DNA of 64,000 bases from Klebsormidium nitens (taxonomy: Eukaryota > Plantae > Klebsormidiophyceae). The notes beneath the pieces were generated by a model. It was given only the letters and a program-made list of their open reading frames with translations, made no database searches and was not told the origin of the DNA. Positions 48,062 through 60,000 of the stretch are shown here, one piece after another; position 1 is the stretch's first letter, and each line of letters opens with the position of its first letter. The stretch lies in assembly GCA_000708835.1 (NCBI GenBank), contig DF236971.1, forward strand, positions 1 to 64,000, written 5' to 3'. Made by a program: the position numbers and the translations under genes.

Positions 48062-51000
48062 TTATACGTCTAAGTGACTCCTCGCTCGCAGGCCGCGAAC
48101 CAGAAAGTCCGCGAGCGCCTTGCTGACGTCACAGAAACCCCGCCGGAAGTCCAGGAATCTGTCGATGGCCGCCGCCAATGTCAGGTCGTCCACCTCTTTA
48201 CTTCCGTTTCCAATTTCCCCCACGGAATTTGCGCTGACTTCCACCCCCCAAACCGTTCTGCAAAAGCTCCGGAACAGTTTAGCTGCGTCCTTGGGGTCCG
48301 TTTCGGGGGGACTGGAGCGAGCCCCAATAAGATCCCCCCCCTTCGCAACCATCTGCTTGACCTCAAACCGCAGCGCTGAAAGGTAGTCAAGATTCTCAAC
48401 TGCAGATATGCCGATGACGGTCGCGCCTCCGTCAGAAGGCACTACAAGGTAGACCACGGAAAGCGAGTCCTCCGAACCGGGCCCTGTTTTCGTACTACCC
48501 GCACCGTCTGCCTGCTTATTCTCCCTGAGACCCTGCACCCAGGCGCACGCAACAAGGCCCGGAGTCACTTGCGCCGCTGCGTCGAAATCGGGCACCGTTT
48601 TGAAGCAGCACTTTTCCGCGTATTGCACGCAGCTCGCGAGCAGGAAACGGTGGAGCTCGCGCGCGCGGGCGCCCGTCTCGCGCGCCATTCGGACGTCCAC
48701 GTGGAGCCGCTGCTGCTCGCGGACGAGCGCCCGGTAGTGCGCGAGCAGCAGCGGGCCGAGGTCGCGCGATTCGACGCCGCTGACGTCGCTCTGACGTCGT
48801 CCCAGTGGGCTCGCGGCCGGGGGCGAAGCCTGGCCCGTTTCTTTTCCCCCAGTCCCTGGACTTGCTTCGCTTTCTAAAACGTTCCGAGTGGTGATCCGGT
48901 ATTCTTCGCCGGCGCGAACGATCTCGAGCGCGTGCGCCGGGACCGCGTCAGGGTTTGGGAGGTTTAAGCAGAGCTCCGACTCCAAGAACGTCGCCATATC
49001 GGCCACTGCTCGGGCGTTTTGAAGCGCGGCCGCGATCGCGCCGTCTGGAGAATCCAAACCCGCCGCCGCGGCCGCGAGCAGCTGGAAGGCCTCTTGGAGA
49101 AGCGCGCGATCGTGCGCCCCGGTTTGGACGATCGTCCGGATCGCGGTCCGAAGTTTGTCCGTTGCTTTCTTGGTTTCGTTGCTTCTTATGAAAGCACGCG
49201 CGAGCGCAATATGTGCGCGCGAGACGAGAGCCGCAGGGGGGTTGGCGACGACGTGCGAGAGGAGGCGCTCGCATTTCACGAGGGAGGCAAGTGCGGCGGA
49301 GACCTGAGAAAAGCAGGAGTTTTACCTCTGGAGTCCGGCCAGTCACAGTCGACAAAATGGATCGACCGCACGGTTTTTCACGATTATCGCCGCAAACAAA
49401 GCGGAATTGGAAGGCACTTGAGTAGATGAGAACGATAACCGAGCGGGGAGATGGAGAAATCATGAGAGATGCTCCGGTGAATAATGTGCAAACAGCCTGG
49501 GGTCGATAGCAGCGGAAAGTAAAATATGTGATACCGAGATACAATAAGTGTGGGTAGAGCTTCAGCAGGCAAAAGATGTGTTGACATCCTGAATCGCAAC
49601 AACGTAACGCTTGTCAGAGAAAGGAGCGATACGCCCCAATGTCAGGTTGCGATTGTATGCTCAAGGCGCGTGGTTTGTCGCAAAATGCACCTATCAAAGC
49701 CGGGGAAAGCCGGCGAGCTCCACAACATAAAACACGCGCCTGCCGCAATTGTGCGCTGGGCAATCATTTGGCACCGCCCATACGCTTCGCTTTATTGACT
49801 CAAACTCAAACCCGGCCCTTTTCCGGCGACATTTTCAGATATAAGTCCGCAGCCCTCACCTGCGACTGGTCGCCCAGAAGCGCCGTCCCTCGCAACAGCA
49901 GTCCCACCGCGAGCGTTTCCGTCGTGGGAAGGTAAACGCTCCTGAGCGCTTCCTTCTTCTGCACGTCGTTCGCCCCAAGCTCCACCTCTTGACACTCCAG
50001 AAGCGCGCAAGCCTCGGCGCAGAGCACCAAGCCGTTTCTGGTGTCAAGCTTCTCCGCCCTAGCCAGCTCGGCGAGTCTCAGCAGCTGCGTCGGTAAGAAG
50101 AGCCCGTCGCTGTAGTGATGCTCGCGGCACTGCGCGGCGACCGCGCTTAAACCCTCAAACCCTTTCCTGACCGCGCCGGCCAATACGTCCAACTCAGCCA
50201 ATAAGCTCTGCGCCCGCAGAGTGTAATTTACACTCCCCGCCGACCCCGCCTGCGACTCCAGCTGCTCTGACGCGGCGCGCGCTAGTGTGAAATGGCCCAG
50301 ATCGAGCAGGATTTCCGCCAGTCTCAACTGACACTCCAGCCAGCACTTTTGCAGAACCGCGTGCCGCAGGGGGACATTCACACCGCCGTGTCCGTCGCCC
50401 ATCGGCTGTGGTGGGAACGCTTTCGAGATGCGGTTCAGGGCCGTTTCGAGAGCGTTCAACGCGGCCTTCGGACGGTGCTGCGCGCGCAGGACGTCCGAAA
50501 GCACGAGGCCGCCCCGGGCCAAAACCTCCAAACCATCCAAACCCTGCCCGGCCGCGGCACCGTCCACCCCCCCATTTCCGCCCTCGGGTTCCACCCCCCA
50601 TCTCTGTGCCGCGGCATCCAAAGCCTTTCTGAGCAAAGCCTCCGCCTGCGCTAAGCACGCGCTGCCACTTGTGACTTCCTGGTTGGCCGCGACCGTTACG
50701 CTCGCGCGCGATGTCTTTCCAGACTCTGCCGTCTTCTTCGTGTTGTTTCCGGATTTGGGTCTCGGAACATTTAGAGACGCCTCGGTAGAGAGCCCCGGGC
50801 CGTCGGTCATGCCAGTGGCCCACAGGGACCCCACCCGGCAAAGGAACCGGGCACGTGCCAGCTCAAGCTCCGTGCTGACGTTTCCTGCCACGTCAGCATT
50901 CGCAAGAAAGGCTATCGCGGCCTGGTTGCTGGGGTGGCTCGGTGGAAGGTTGTTCGCGTACAACAGTTCCTGTTTTGGCGCAGGAACGGCTTCCGGTGCG

Positions 51001-54000
51001 ACCGGTTTGCTCTTTCCGTCCTTTCCGGTTCCGTTGGCTTTCCCTGCGTCCGCAGGGTCCCCGTTTGCCGGCGCACCGACAGGTGTGAACAGGCGCTGAA
51101 GCTCCGCAAAAGCTTCCGAGAGGCGCCCCACGGCGAGCAGCGCTTCTACGTGCAGCAAAGTAGCCGCGTTTCGTGCCAGGGGGTTCGGTTTGGCAGCGCC
51201 GAGTGCCCCCCGAAGTAGCGCCAGAACCGGCAACGCCCTCAGGGGCTCTTCTTCGACGGCCACCAAATGCGTCGCGAGTGTAAACAGGGCCCTTTGGAGC
51301 CGGTTGACACTGCCAACGTGGCCGACCGCGAATGGCGCCACGTGGCCCCAGCTGAGTGGCTCCGGGGTGTAGGTCGCCAAAGCGAGCGGCGCTTGCGGGT
51401 GCGCCATACTAGTTGCAAAGACCGCTGACGTCATCTCGGCGGCCATCAGCGCCGCCTCGCGTTGCGCGTGTGCGTCCGACGTCAGAGCTGACGTCAGCAG
51501 CTTCGAAATGACGTCAGCGCCGAGGAGACAGCGCTGTGCGCCCCCGCCCTCGGACAGGACGTGCATCCAGTGCTCGTTTATGCCCGCCGTTTTGTCGCCG
51601 CCCCTGGTTCTCCTCTGATCACCCTCTTTTCTGGCCACCGTTCCGTAAGGCGAACGGACGTTTCCGATCGGGTTTCCGAGCGGCTCTGCGTTCAGAGCTC
51701 CTTTCGAGGTCTCAGTCGCGATTCCGGTCAACACAGTTCCGCTGAGTAGATCAGAGCGGAAAAGCTGGCGCCACTTGTCAAGCGACTTGTAGGCGCCCGT
51801 CACGGCGTCGAGGGCGTCCTTCCAGCACTGCCCCGCGGCTGTCATGTCGCCAAAATGCGCGTGAATGTCGCCGAGCTCGCTGTGGGCCTGGGCCAGCAAA
51901 AAGGCATCGGGGCCTGCCTGGAGCTGCAGGAAGGATTACAAAGACACGGCAGCTTTACTGTCTTCCATGAATGTCGCTGACGAAAGGTGACCGTTGTCAG
52001 CCTGTGTGACTTCCTGCCTTCTCTCCCAGATCTGGGGGACTTCATCTTATTGCTCAAGGAAACAAGCCACGAAGCGGGTTTTACATCCACCGATATGAAG
52101 GCGCGGAAAAATGATGGGTTCCTATAAAATAAAAAGATTGGCAGAGAAGGGGTTGTATTAGGGCACGATGGAAGCTTGTTGTAACTTGCCGTGCCTCTTA
52201 CGGACGAGCTGTCAGATTTACTCTCTGGAACACTGACCTTATATAATAGCGGGGCTGGTTTGTCTCTGAAAGACTGGATAGAAACACCTGAGACTCCGAC
52301 ACCCATATTTGTGATCACGAGAACGTATCAGGGACAGACTTCTGACTGACAGTTCCGACTTTGCGTCAGAGGGTTGATAAGGTCAGAAAGCAAATTGAGA
52401 TTGAAATGTTCAACAAACAGCTTTGCAGTTGTTCAAGATTCAGCTGTGCCTCTGCAAGCTCTTTCATAGACCCTTGAAAGTTGAGCGGCTGGCCGCTTCA
52501 CTCCTCGCAAACCGATTGATGTAGAAACAGAAGTCCTGAAAACCACTGACAAAACAACTTACCAAAGTGATGGCTTTGGTGTACGCCTTCACAACCGCTG
52601 CTTTCTGCTCCGACGCATCTCCCGCCATCCGATCGCCGCCCAGCGGCCAGCTTCCACCGTCCGATACGCCATCCTTCCTACCCAATCGCAAAAACTCCTC
52701 CCACTGTTTCCTACATCCTTCCAGCGCGTCCAAGGCGGGCGGCTTTTGCTTCCAAATTCCTTCTAGATCACGCCTTAAAACCCCGGCGCTTATCCCCAAG
52801 TCGCGGCATCCGGCCTCTCCCAAGGCTTCCGCTGACGTCACCATTAGCTGGAGAACGCGCTCCGTTGCTCCTCGAGCGGTCAGCGACATGCCCAGCTCGA
52901 GGACACGTGTCCACCGCCGATTGGTCGCGAGCGCGCGCAGGACCTTCTCCCCGAAGCCCAGGACCTCTGCCGCCGTTTCCGCGTCGTCCGATCCGTTAAT
53001 GACGTCAGCGAGAGCGCTCGCGAGCAAGTAGGCCGCCTTTGCGAGACCGCCGGAGATGCCACGTGGCGCATCCGGATTGCTCAAATTCTCCGACGGGGTT
53101 CCCCTGGTCTCCTCTTCTTCCGCAATGCTCGGGCGACTGGGTGCCCCTTTCAGAGTAGCAGGGCTTGCGCTGCCAGTGCTGACGTCACTTGCACTGTTCG
53201 CTGACGTGACCTCCAAGTTGCCAAAACAGCGTATTGCGTTACGGAGTTCTGTGACGGCTCCCGCGCGCAGCGCATGCTGGCCCGCCCGACTAAAATGCGC
53301 CGAGGCCGGAGGTGTGAATGCCCACCAGCCGCGGGTTTTCACACCTGCTCCGGGGGGAGCCTCTCCGGGGGGCGGGCGTCACGGCCGCCGACTTGCTGAC
53401 GTCACCCTTCGTTTTCTTCGACTTCGCGCCGGCGGATGCGCTCGGCGGCCGCGAGACTTTGGGGTTTGACTCCGGCCGCTTGACCTCGTTTTCGGGGCTG
53501 GATTGTCCGCTTCCAGGAGCCGGGGTTTGCGCGGGTTTCGTGTCGGGTAGGGCTAACCCCAGCGCGATGTGCAGCCGCGCGATCCAGGCCCCGTTGCGCG
53601 CGAACCACTCGCGCGTTTTCCGAACCTCGCGGCTCCACGCGAGACGCGAAAGCACGTGTTTCTGGATAGTTACCGCAGCAGCGACCCGTTTCTGATCCAG
53701 CGCAGCCTGTTCCGGGCTCAGGTCCTCTTTCAGAACGGGGTCCTCGCCGCTCTGCACCGTAGAACCGCTCCGGCTCTCGCTCCTTTTCCCGTCATCCTTA
53801 GCCGACGGTTTCTTCGTCAGCTTCTTGGAGTCCCCTCCCTTCCCTTTCGACTTGGAATCACTCTCTTGCTCTGTTTTTTCCCGCGCAACATAACCCGGCC
53901 GCTTGCCCTTGGCCCTCACCATGTCTTCCAACTCCCCCCCCCACTTCACCACCCGTTCGTTACACCCCTCTCGAACTTCTTTCTCAATCACTCTCACGGC

Positions 54001-57000
54001 GAGCTCAAACGCGCGCGGATGGGCTGCGAGGTCGCCCTTCAGCGCGGCCCACGCCTTTTCACACCCGTCCGCCGAGTGTAAATGCACTCCCAGAACCTGA
54101 GCCGCGGCATCGGGAGAATCTTCGACCGTCGTTGCGAGACAAATCAATTCTACAAACGCCCGGACCAGTCGTCGGGGTCCGTACGAAAACGTTCCTACCT
54201 TCTAACGNNNNNNNNNNNNNNNNNNNNNNNNNNNNNNNNNNNNNNNNNNNNNNNNNNNNNNNNNNNNNNNNNNNNNNNNNNNNNNNNNNNNNNNNNNNNN
54301 NNNNNNNNNNNNNNNNNNNNNNNNNNNNNNNNNNNNNNNNNNNNNNNNNNNNNNNNNNNNNNNNNNNNNNNNNNNNNNNNNNNNNNNNNNNNNNNNNNNN
54401 NNNNNNNNNNNNNNNNNNNNNNNNNNNNNNNNNNNNNNNNNNNNNNNNNNNNNNNNNNNNNCTCAAACGCCGGCCAGTCTGGGTCCGTCAAAAGTTCCTC
54501 CTCTAGTTGCATAATCTGCGCCTCTGCTTCTCGTCTTTCCTTTTCCCCAGCCCCTTCTTTGGGACCTTTCTCCAAAGCCGAGCTTCCCGACCTGGGCGCA
54601 TTTTCACTCCCCTTCCGGACGCTCTTCCCGTCCGATGTGAACACCCCCAGGTCCATCTTTCCAATCGCTTTCATTGTCCCGCCCTCCGCAATCGCTGCCA
54701 GCCTTTTGAACAGCTGTGACGTCAGCCCGGCCGCAACCTTCCCAGCTCCTGACGTCAGCCCCGCCGTCTGGTTGACCGTCGCCAACACCACGTGGCAGCC
54801 GGCGAGCAGGGGCTGAATCACCGGACACTTTTCGGGCAGGTTTGCCAGCAAAGGAACCACCCGGTTGTAGAACCGGGTCGCCGCTTCGTACACCAGAGGG
54901 GCGCATTCACACAGCGCAGCGGCCTGCGCCGCGATCAGCAGGCGGTGCGCTTGTTGGAGGCGCTCGAGTTGCGACGGGAGGAGCGAGTGCGGGGTTTGGG
55001 CGGGGTTTAGCGCGCGCAGCGGCGCGGGCGCGGCTTCGGACTCCATGAAGAGAACCTGGTTGGCGGGGAAAAGGAAGGTGACGTCAGCGAAATTGGCGTC
55101 TGCTTCGAGTGGGACGGCTTGAGGAGGATACTGTCGTTTTCAAAAAAAGAATGGTTGTTGCTTTCTTGCAAAGTGACAATCGGGCTGAATGAAGGGCGTA
55201 AAGGTCAGATGCCTCGAAAGTGTTTCCAACTCTTTCAAAAAGGTGCCCACCCTCTACAATAATATCAACTGTTTCGCCCATAAATCAAGCGACTCTGTGG
55301 AAGTTTGACAAACAAAGTTCAGATTTTCTTTCAATTCGGTTCCCCTTCTCATTGTCTGTTCGAACACATCGCAAATTAATATGCAGAATCCGCCTCCGCC
55401 TTTGTATGCTTTTAGAAGGCTGTCCCAGTGACTCTACGTCTTATTCGATCGACTGCATTTTTATCCTGGGGACCAGATATCTGTCAGGACTCACCTGGAC
55501 AAAGCTTCTGAGCAGCGTGCTGGGCGCCTCCCGCGCTTCTGTCGCCCTCAGCTGGTCGCCGAAAAGTCGCTCCACCCCGTCTTCATCCACTGCTACCTTC
55601 TCCACAAAATGGGCGACCACGGGCCGCGCCGCGAACAGCGCCTCTTTCGGACACCCCAAACGGTGAGCGGTCAGTGCCAAATACGCTTGACACTGTAATC
55701 TCGGCAGGGGTAAAGCTAGGGTGACAGGGGCCGTGCTGGGGCCGATGGTGTCAATGAGCGCGCCAGTCGCGTCGTAAAAAGCTAGCGCGAAGATGTAGCG
55801 CTCGTTGGGCGTCAGGCCCGTGACGGTGATGACGTCAGACAGGGGCGCGCGCGCGTGCGCGCCTGCAGATGGTGAGTCCGGCAGTAAGTGCACGGTTGCT
55901 GGATTTCTTTAAATCGTGACGGAAGCTCTTTTGTCAGTGAATGAAGAGGACTGAGAATGACGACTAGGCGTTGGTAATGAAAGACAAGGGAACAAGAAGC
56001 TACGGCAGCAACGCAGTGGATTCAGATGGCTTTAGCGGAGCAGCTTGTGATCAATCTTATCAAACTGGACACTTCGAGAGGTGGGACCGAATGAAAGCTA
56101 TCGTCCTGAATCCTGAGGTCTGAGTCCTCACACACGGACAACGTTTACTCACAGTCGATTTGCCAAGGATTACGGAATGGAGGTCTTTAATAATAGAAAG
56201 AAGAGAAACTAAAGACACGCACCTGTTCCAGGGAAGTCCGTGTTGTGCAGCGAGACCCCCACTCCGCTCCCCGCCACTTTTCCAAACACAGCGTACGCGA
56301 CCGGCTTTCCGTCCGGCGAGTCCCTTCCGCCGGAGTTCTTTCCGCTCTTCAATCGGGCTGGGAAAGCACTAGCCGGCCGGATAGTCACCGAGACACTCAT
56401 CCTCGTCAAGATTAGGGGGGCCGGAACGCCCCTGGAACTGCCCCCTTCGCCGCCTGAGCACAGAGGGCGCGCGCTTTCCTCAAGAACGCGCGCGTTTTCA
56501 AGCTCTGCTTGTGCCTGCTGGAGGAAGAGCGCGCGGTCGGCTTGGGATGGACGCGTCGCGGCGATCTGCGCGAGCACGAGCGCGCGCTGGTAGGGGTTTG
56601 AGTTGCACTCCGCGAGCAGCTCCTTCTCGGCCTGCGGACGTGGATTGGGAGGTATCAAATTTCGATTTCTGACGTTCTGACCCCCGAGAGAGACGGCGAG
56701 GTTGTTAGTTGAAGAAACGACGATCTGGGAATCCACCTCGTAAACGTTTAGAGACAACGAACTAGATCGAATGGATGCTTGACCTGCAACTTAAGCAGAT
56801 TTATTGCTAACTCTCGGGACGAAAGGTTAATGTTTAAGAGAGGTCTCGTGATATGCAAACCCCGAAAACCGCGCCGCTGCAGCCGGTTCGCTTGGGCGAG
56901 AAAACCAGGTAGGGAATTGTCTGCGAACACACTTTTCAGGATCAAAGAGAATTCATAACGCAAAGCTGGTATTCTGCCGCCCAATCAGTCAGCCCACGCT

Positions 57001-60000
57001 TCGCCGTTAAGTCTTCTTCCCACCGAAGCTCGACAATTTTTCGGTCTCCGCCCCTGTACACAACGCCAACGCGTGCTGGCCGCACATCAAAAGTGAAGTG
57101 CGATAGTGGGAGCGAAGCGCAAGAGAAAAGCAAAGCCGAGTGCAGCCAAGTGCAAGCGAAGTAAAAGCGCGAAGAAGAAGAAAACGTCATGCAAACCAGT
57201 GGCGTGGCCCACCTTCACGGAGAACGGCGGCGGCCGACCGACACGTGTCAGCCTGTCCTGCGCCTCCTTCTTCTCCTTGAGCGTCATCGCACCGAAGATG
57301 CTCGACTGCTGCTCGCGCTTCCGCAGCGTGCTCTCCTCGCGGCTCAGCCGCGCGGCCGCCTCTGCGGCCTCCGCGTGCGCGCCCAGCCGCTGCAGAATGC
57401 TCGTTTTGGTTACTTCTGATTTTATCAGGTTCGAGCGAGATACCTCTCTTGCATTTCTGGTGCATGATAGAGAGCCGGAGTGGCCTGGCTCGACTTCGCA
57501 CTTTCGTTTCTGTGGAGCCTAGTCTGACTAGAGCTTGTTTGGACGGTATGCTGAGCTACACTGTGAACGCTTGTTTGTGTCAATGACAATGGTTGGAGGG
57601 AGTTTGTCTGGACTTCCTTGGCTAGCACAGTGCCAATCTCGTCCAACAATTATGTGAAGAGAGGTGTGTCCTGCGTCAGGAAAGTCATGACTTCTAAGGT
57701 TGGCACTCTCTTTTTAAGTGCTGAGTCCCATGACAGGACGCGAAACCGTGAACGACATCCTCCCGATCGATTTCAAGGGTCCTTTCGACGAACTGTGAGC
57801 ACTAGCGGCGTACAAACTGGCAAACGTCTGCATATGTTAATGCTGAAAACACATAATATACAGGTACAGAGTCTTTCAGAGAACCGTATCGATAGCCCGC
57901 TACTGATCATGCTTTGTTCGACTCACCAGCCGCAGTCGGCAGTACGTCATCAAGAGGTCCACGTGGCAGCTCCTCAGCAGCTTCTGCGCCTCGTCGCCCG
58001 GCCCGCCCTCCCGCGCCTCCGCCCAGCTCCGGTCGCTGACGTCATCGTGCGCGCGCACTTCCGTGTCCAGATCCCTGAACCTCTCGACCGCGCGCAGCGC
58101 GCCACGTAGCACCTCCAGGGCCCTTTCCAGGTCACGTGCATCCGGGTTCTCCGCCACGGTTCCCGGATGCTTTTGTCTGCTGTCGAGCAGGGACGCAAGA
58201 CGGAGCGCAATCTGCGCGTGCATGAGCGCGTCGGGGAGTTCCAGCCGCTCGCTGACGTCATGGAGCGTTGCCAGCAGCTCGATCAGCGTCTCGTCGCTTT
58301 TCCCTCCTCTCGTGTCCTCCTCTCCAGAAGTCCCGCCGCCTAGTATAGCTGCGCTACCGTCCGGTGTGTCTGAACTTCCATTCGGTGTGAATACGCTCTC
58401 TCCGGACCTGGGGACGTCGGACGTTCTACTGGTCAAGTCCGCATCCCGCTTCTCCAACAGATGCTTCACCTCTCCCCACAGCAACAGCGCCGCATCCGTA
58501 AGAATCTCGCCGTCCCTAGTTACAAACTCCGCCCCGCACGCCCCAATAGCGATCCCAAGCGCCGCTAAAAGGTCCTGTTCTCCACCTCCCTCCGCTTTCT
58601 GCAGATCCCGTACAGCTCGGAGGAGCTTTACCCCTGCAGAAAAAGCCGTCGGCGGCGCTGACGTCACGCGTGCGTCGGCTGCGGCCGCGAGGCTGTCGAA
58701 GAGTGGCCAGTCGCCGTAGGTGAACGCCACGTGGAGCAATCGACGGTGGAGGTCGATCGGGAGAAGGGCGTCTGCGGGCCCATTCTGGGACCCCCGGGAA
58801 GATGCGCCGCCGCTTTCCGAACTAGGAGTGGCGGGGGCCGCGGCTGACGTCACGATCTCGTCCAGGATCCCCGCCAGCTGGAACACAAAGCGCAGAAGAC
58901 GTCAGACAAGGCTACACGGTTTGTCTGTGTTGAGCGTAACAAGTGGTGTGACGGAGATGTTATTTCGGCCCTTTGCGTGTTATGGGTTTGGTTTCTCCCA
59001 CAGTCCGAGCTTAACCGCAGCGAATCTTAGCGACATTCCAACAACTTCGATTTGGTTTACAGAACTGAAAGTCGGCAGCACTCAAAGCGGGGAGAAATAC
59101 GTGTCCACCGCGCAAAGAGAGCTTCGCGGCGACGCTTGGATTCTTGGAAATGGCACATCACAGTCATACCTCACACACAGATGTCTTACTAATGCTCTAC
59201 ACCCCTAGATTATGGAAAAACCCACTGCTTCACATACAAATGCTGTTATCAAGGCAATGAAACACAGATACAGCAGAATGATGGCACAGCCTAAGACAAA
59301 GTACAATGACTCTGAACCTTCTTTTTTCAGACCAGGGCACAGCGTAACGTAGGATTACCTCTAAGGAGCGTTAAGAGATACAATCAGATGAGCGTTTTTC
59401 TGCGAGTGCTTACCAAGTTATTGGCACACCCGAGCAGGACCCTCTGATAGCTGGTGGGAGGGACGCCGCCCAGAACCCTTTGCGTCGGATTCTGCAGAGA
59501 TGATGATATCAACGTCAGTCAAGGACTCAACAACTTTAGCAAGTTTCAGAGGCCAGGAGTCATGACTTGTGGGAGCCAATGCAGCCCACTAGATTTGCGA
59601 ACGGAACCCGATTCGGGCGTCGAGAAAATGGGGGAAAAAAATGGCTACTGAGGATCGCGCTGCTGTTCAGTCTGCTTGGCGCCTCCGTGATGTGTTGTCA
59701 ACCGCAGCTCTCAAAAAATTTACGTGAAATGGAATGGCAGCTAGCAATCAACGTGTTGGCTGAATTGGAGCCGTGAGTTTTGGCCGTTTTCTGCTTCTTT
59801 TCTATAGAGCCTCGCTCTCTGGTCAAGATGATACCTCAGCCAAAATAAGAAGCCTGTCGAGGTCCCGTCTCAGGTTGCCGTTTGACGTCACCATACGTCA
59901 CGTGGCAGCACTTTTGCCTCCTCACCTCCAGGGCGAGCGCCAGGGCCAGGATCCGGTCTATCGGTTCCGCGAACGTCTGAGCGAGGTTCTGGGCGACGGA

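Noticed and set aside
50428-51099. Long plus-strand ORFs opposite CFAP54 (also 48569-48877, 53056-53695, 58063-58719)
   Set aside because: These are antisense shadows of GC-rich CFAP54 exons.
54059-54816. ORFs containing poly-X
   Set aside because: They are artefacts of translating through the N gap.
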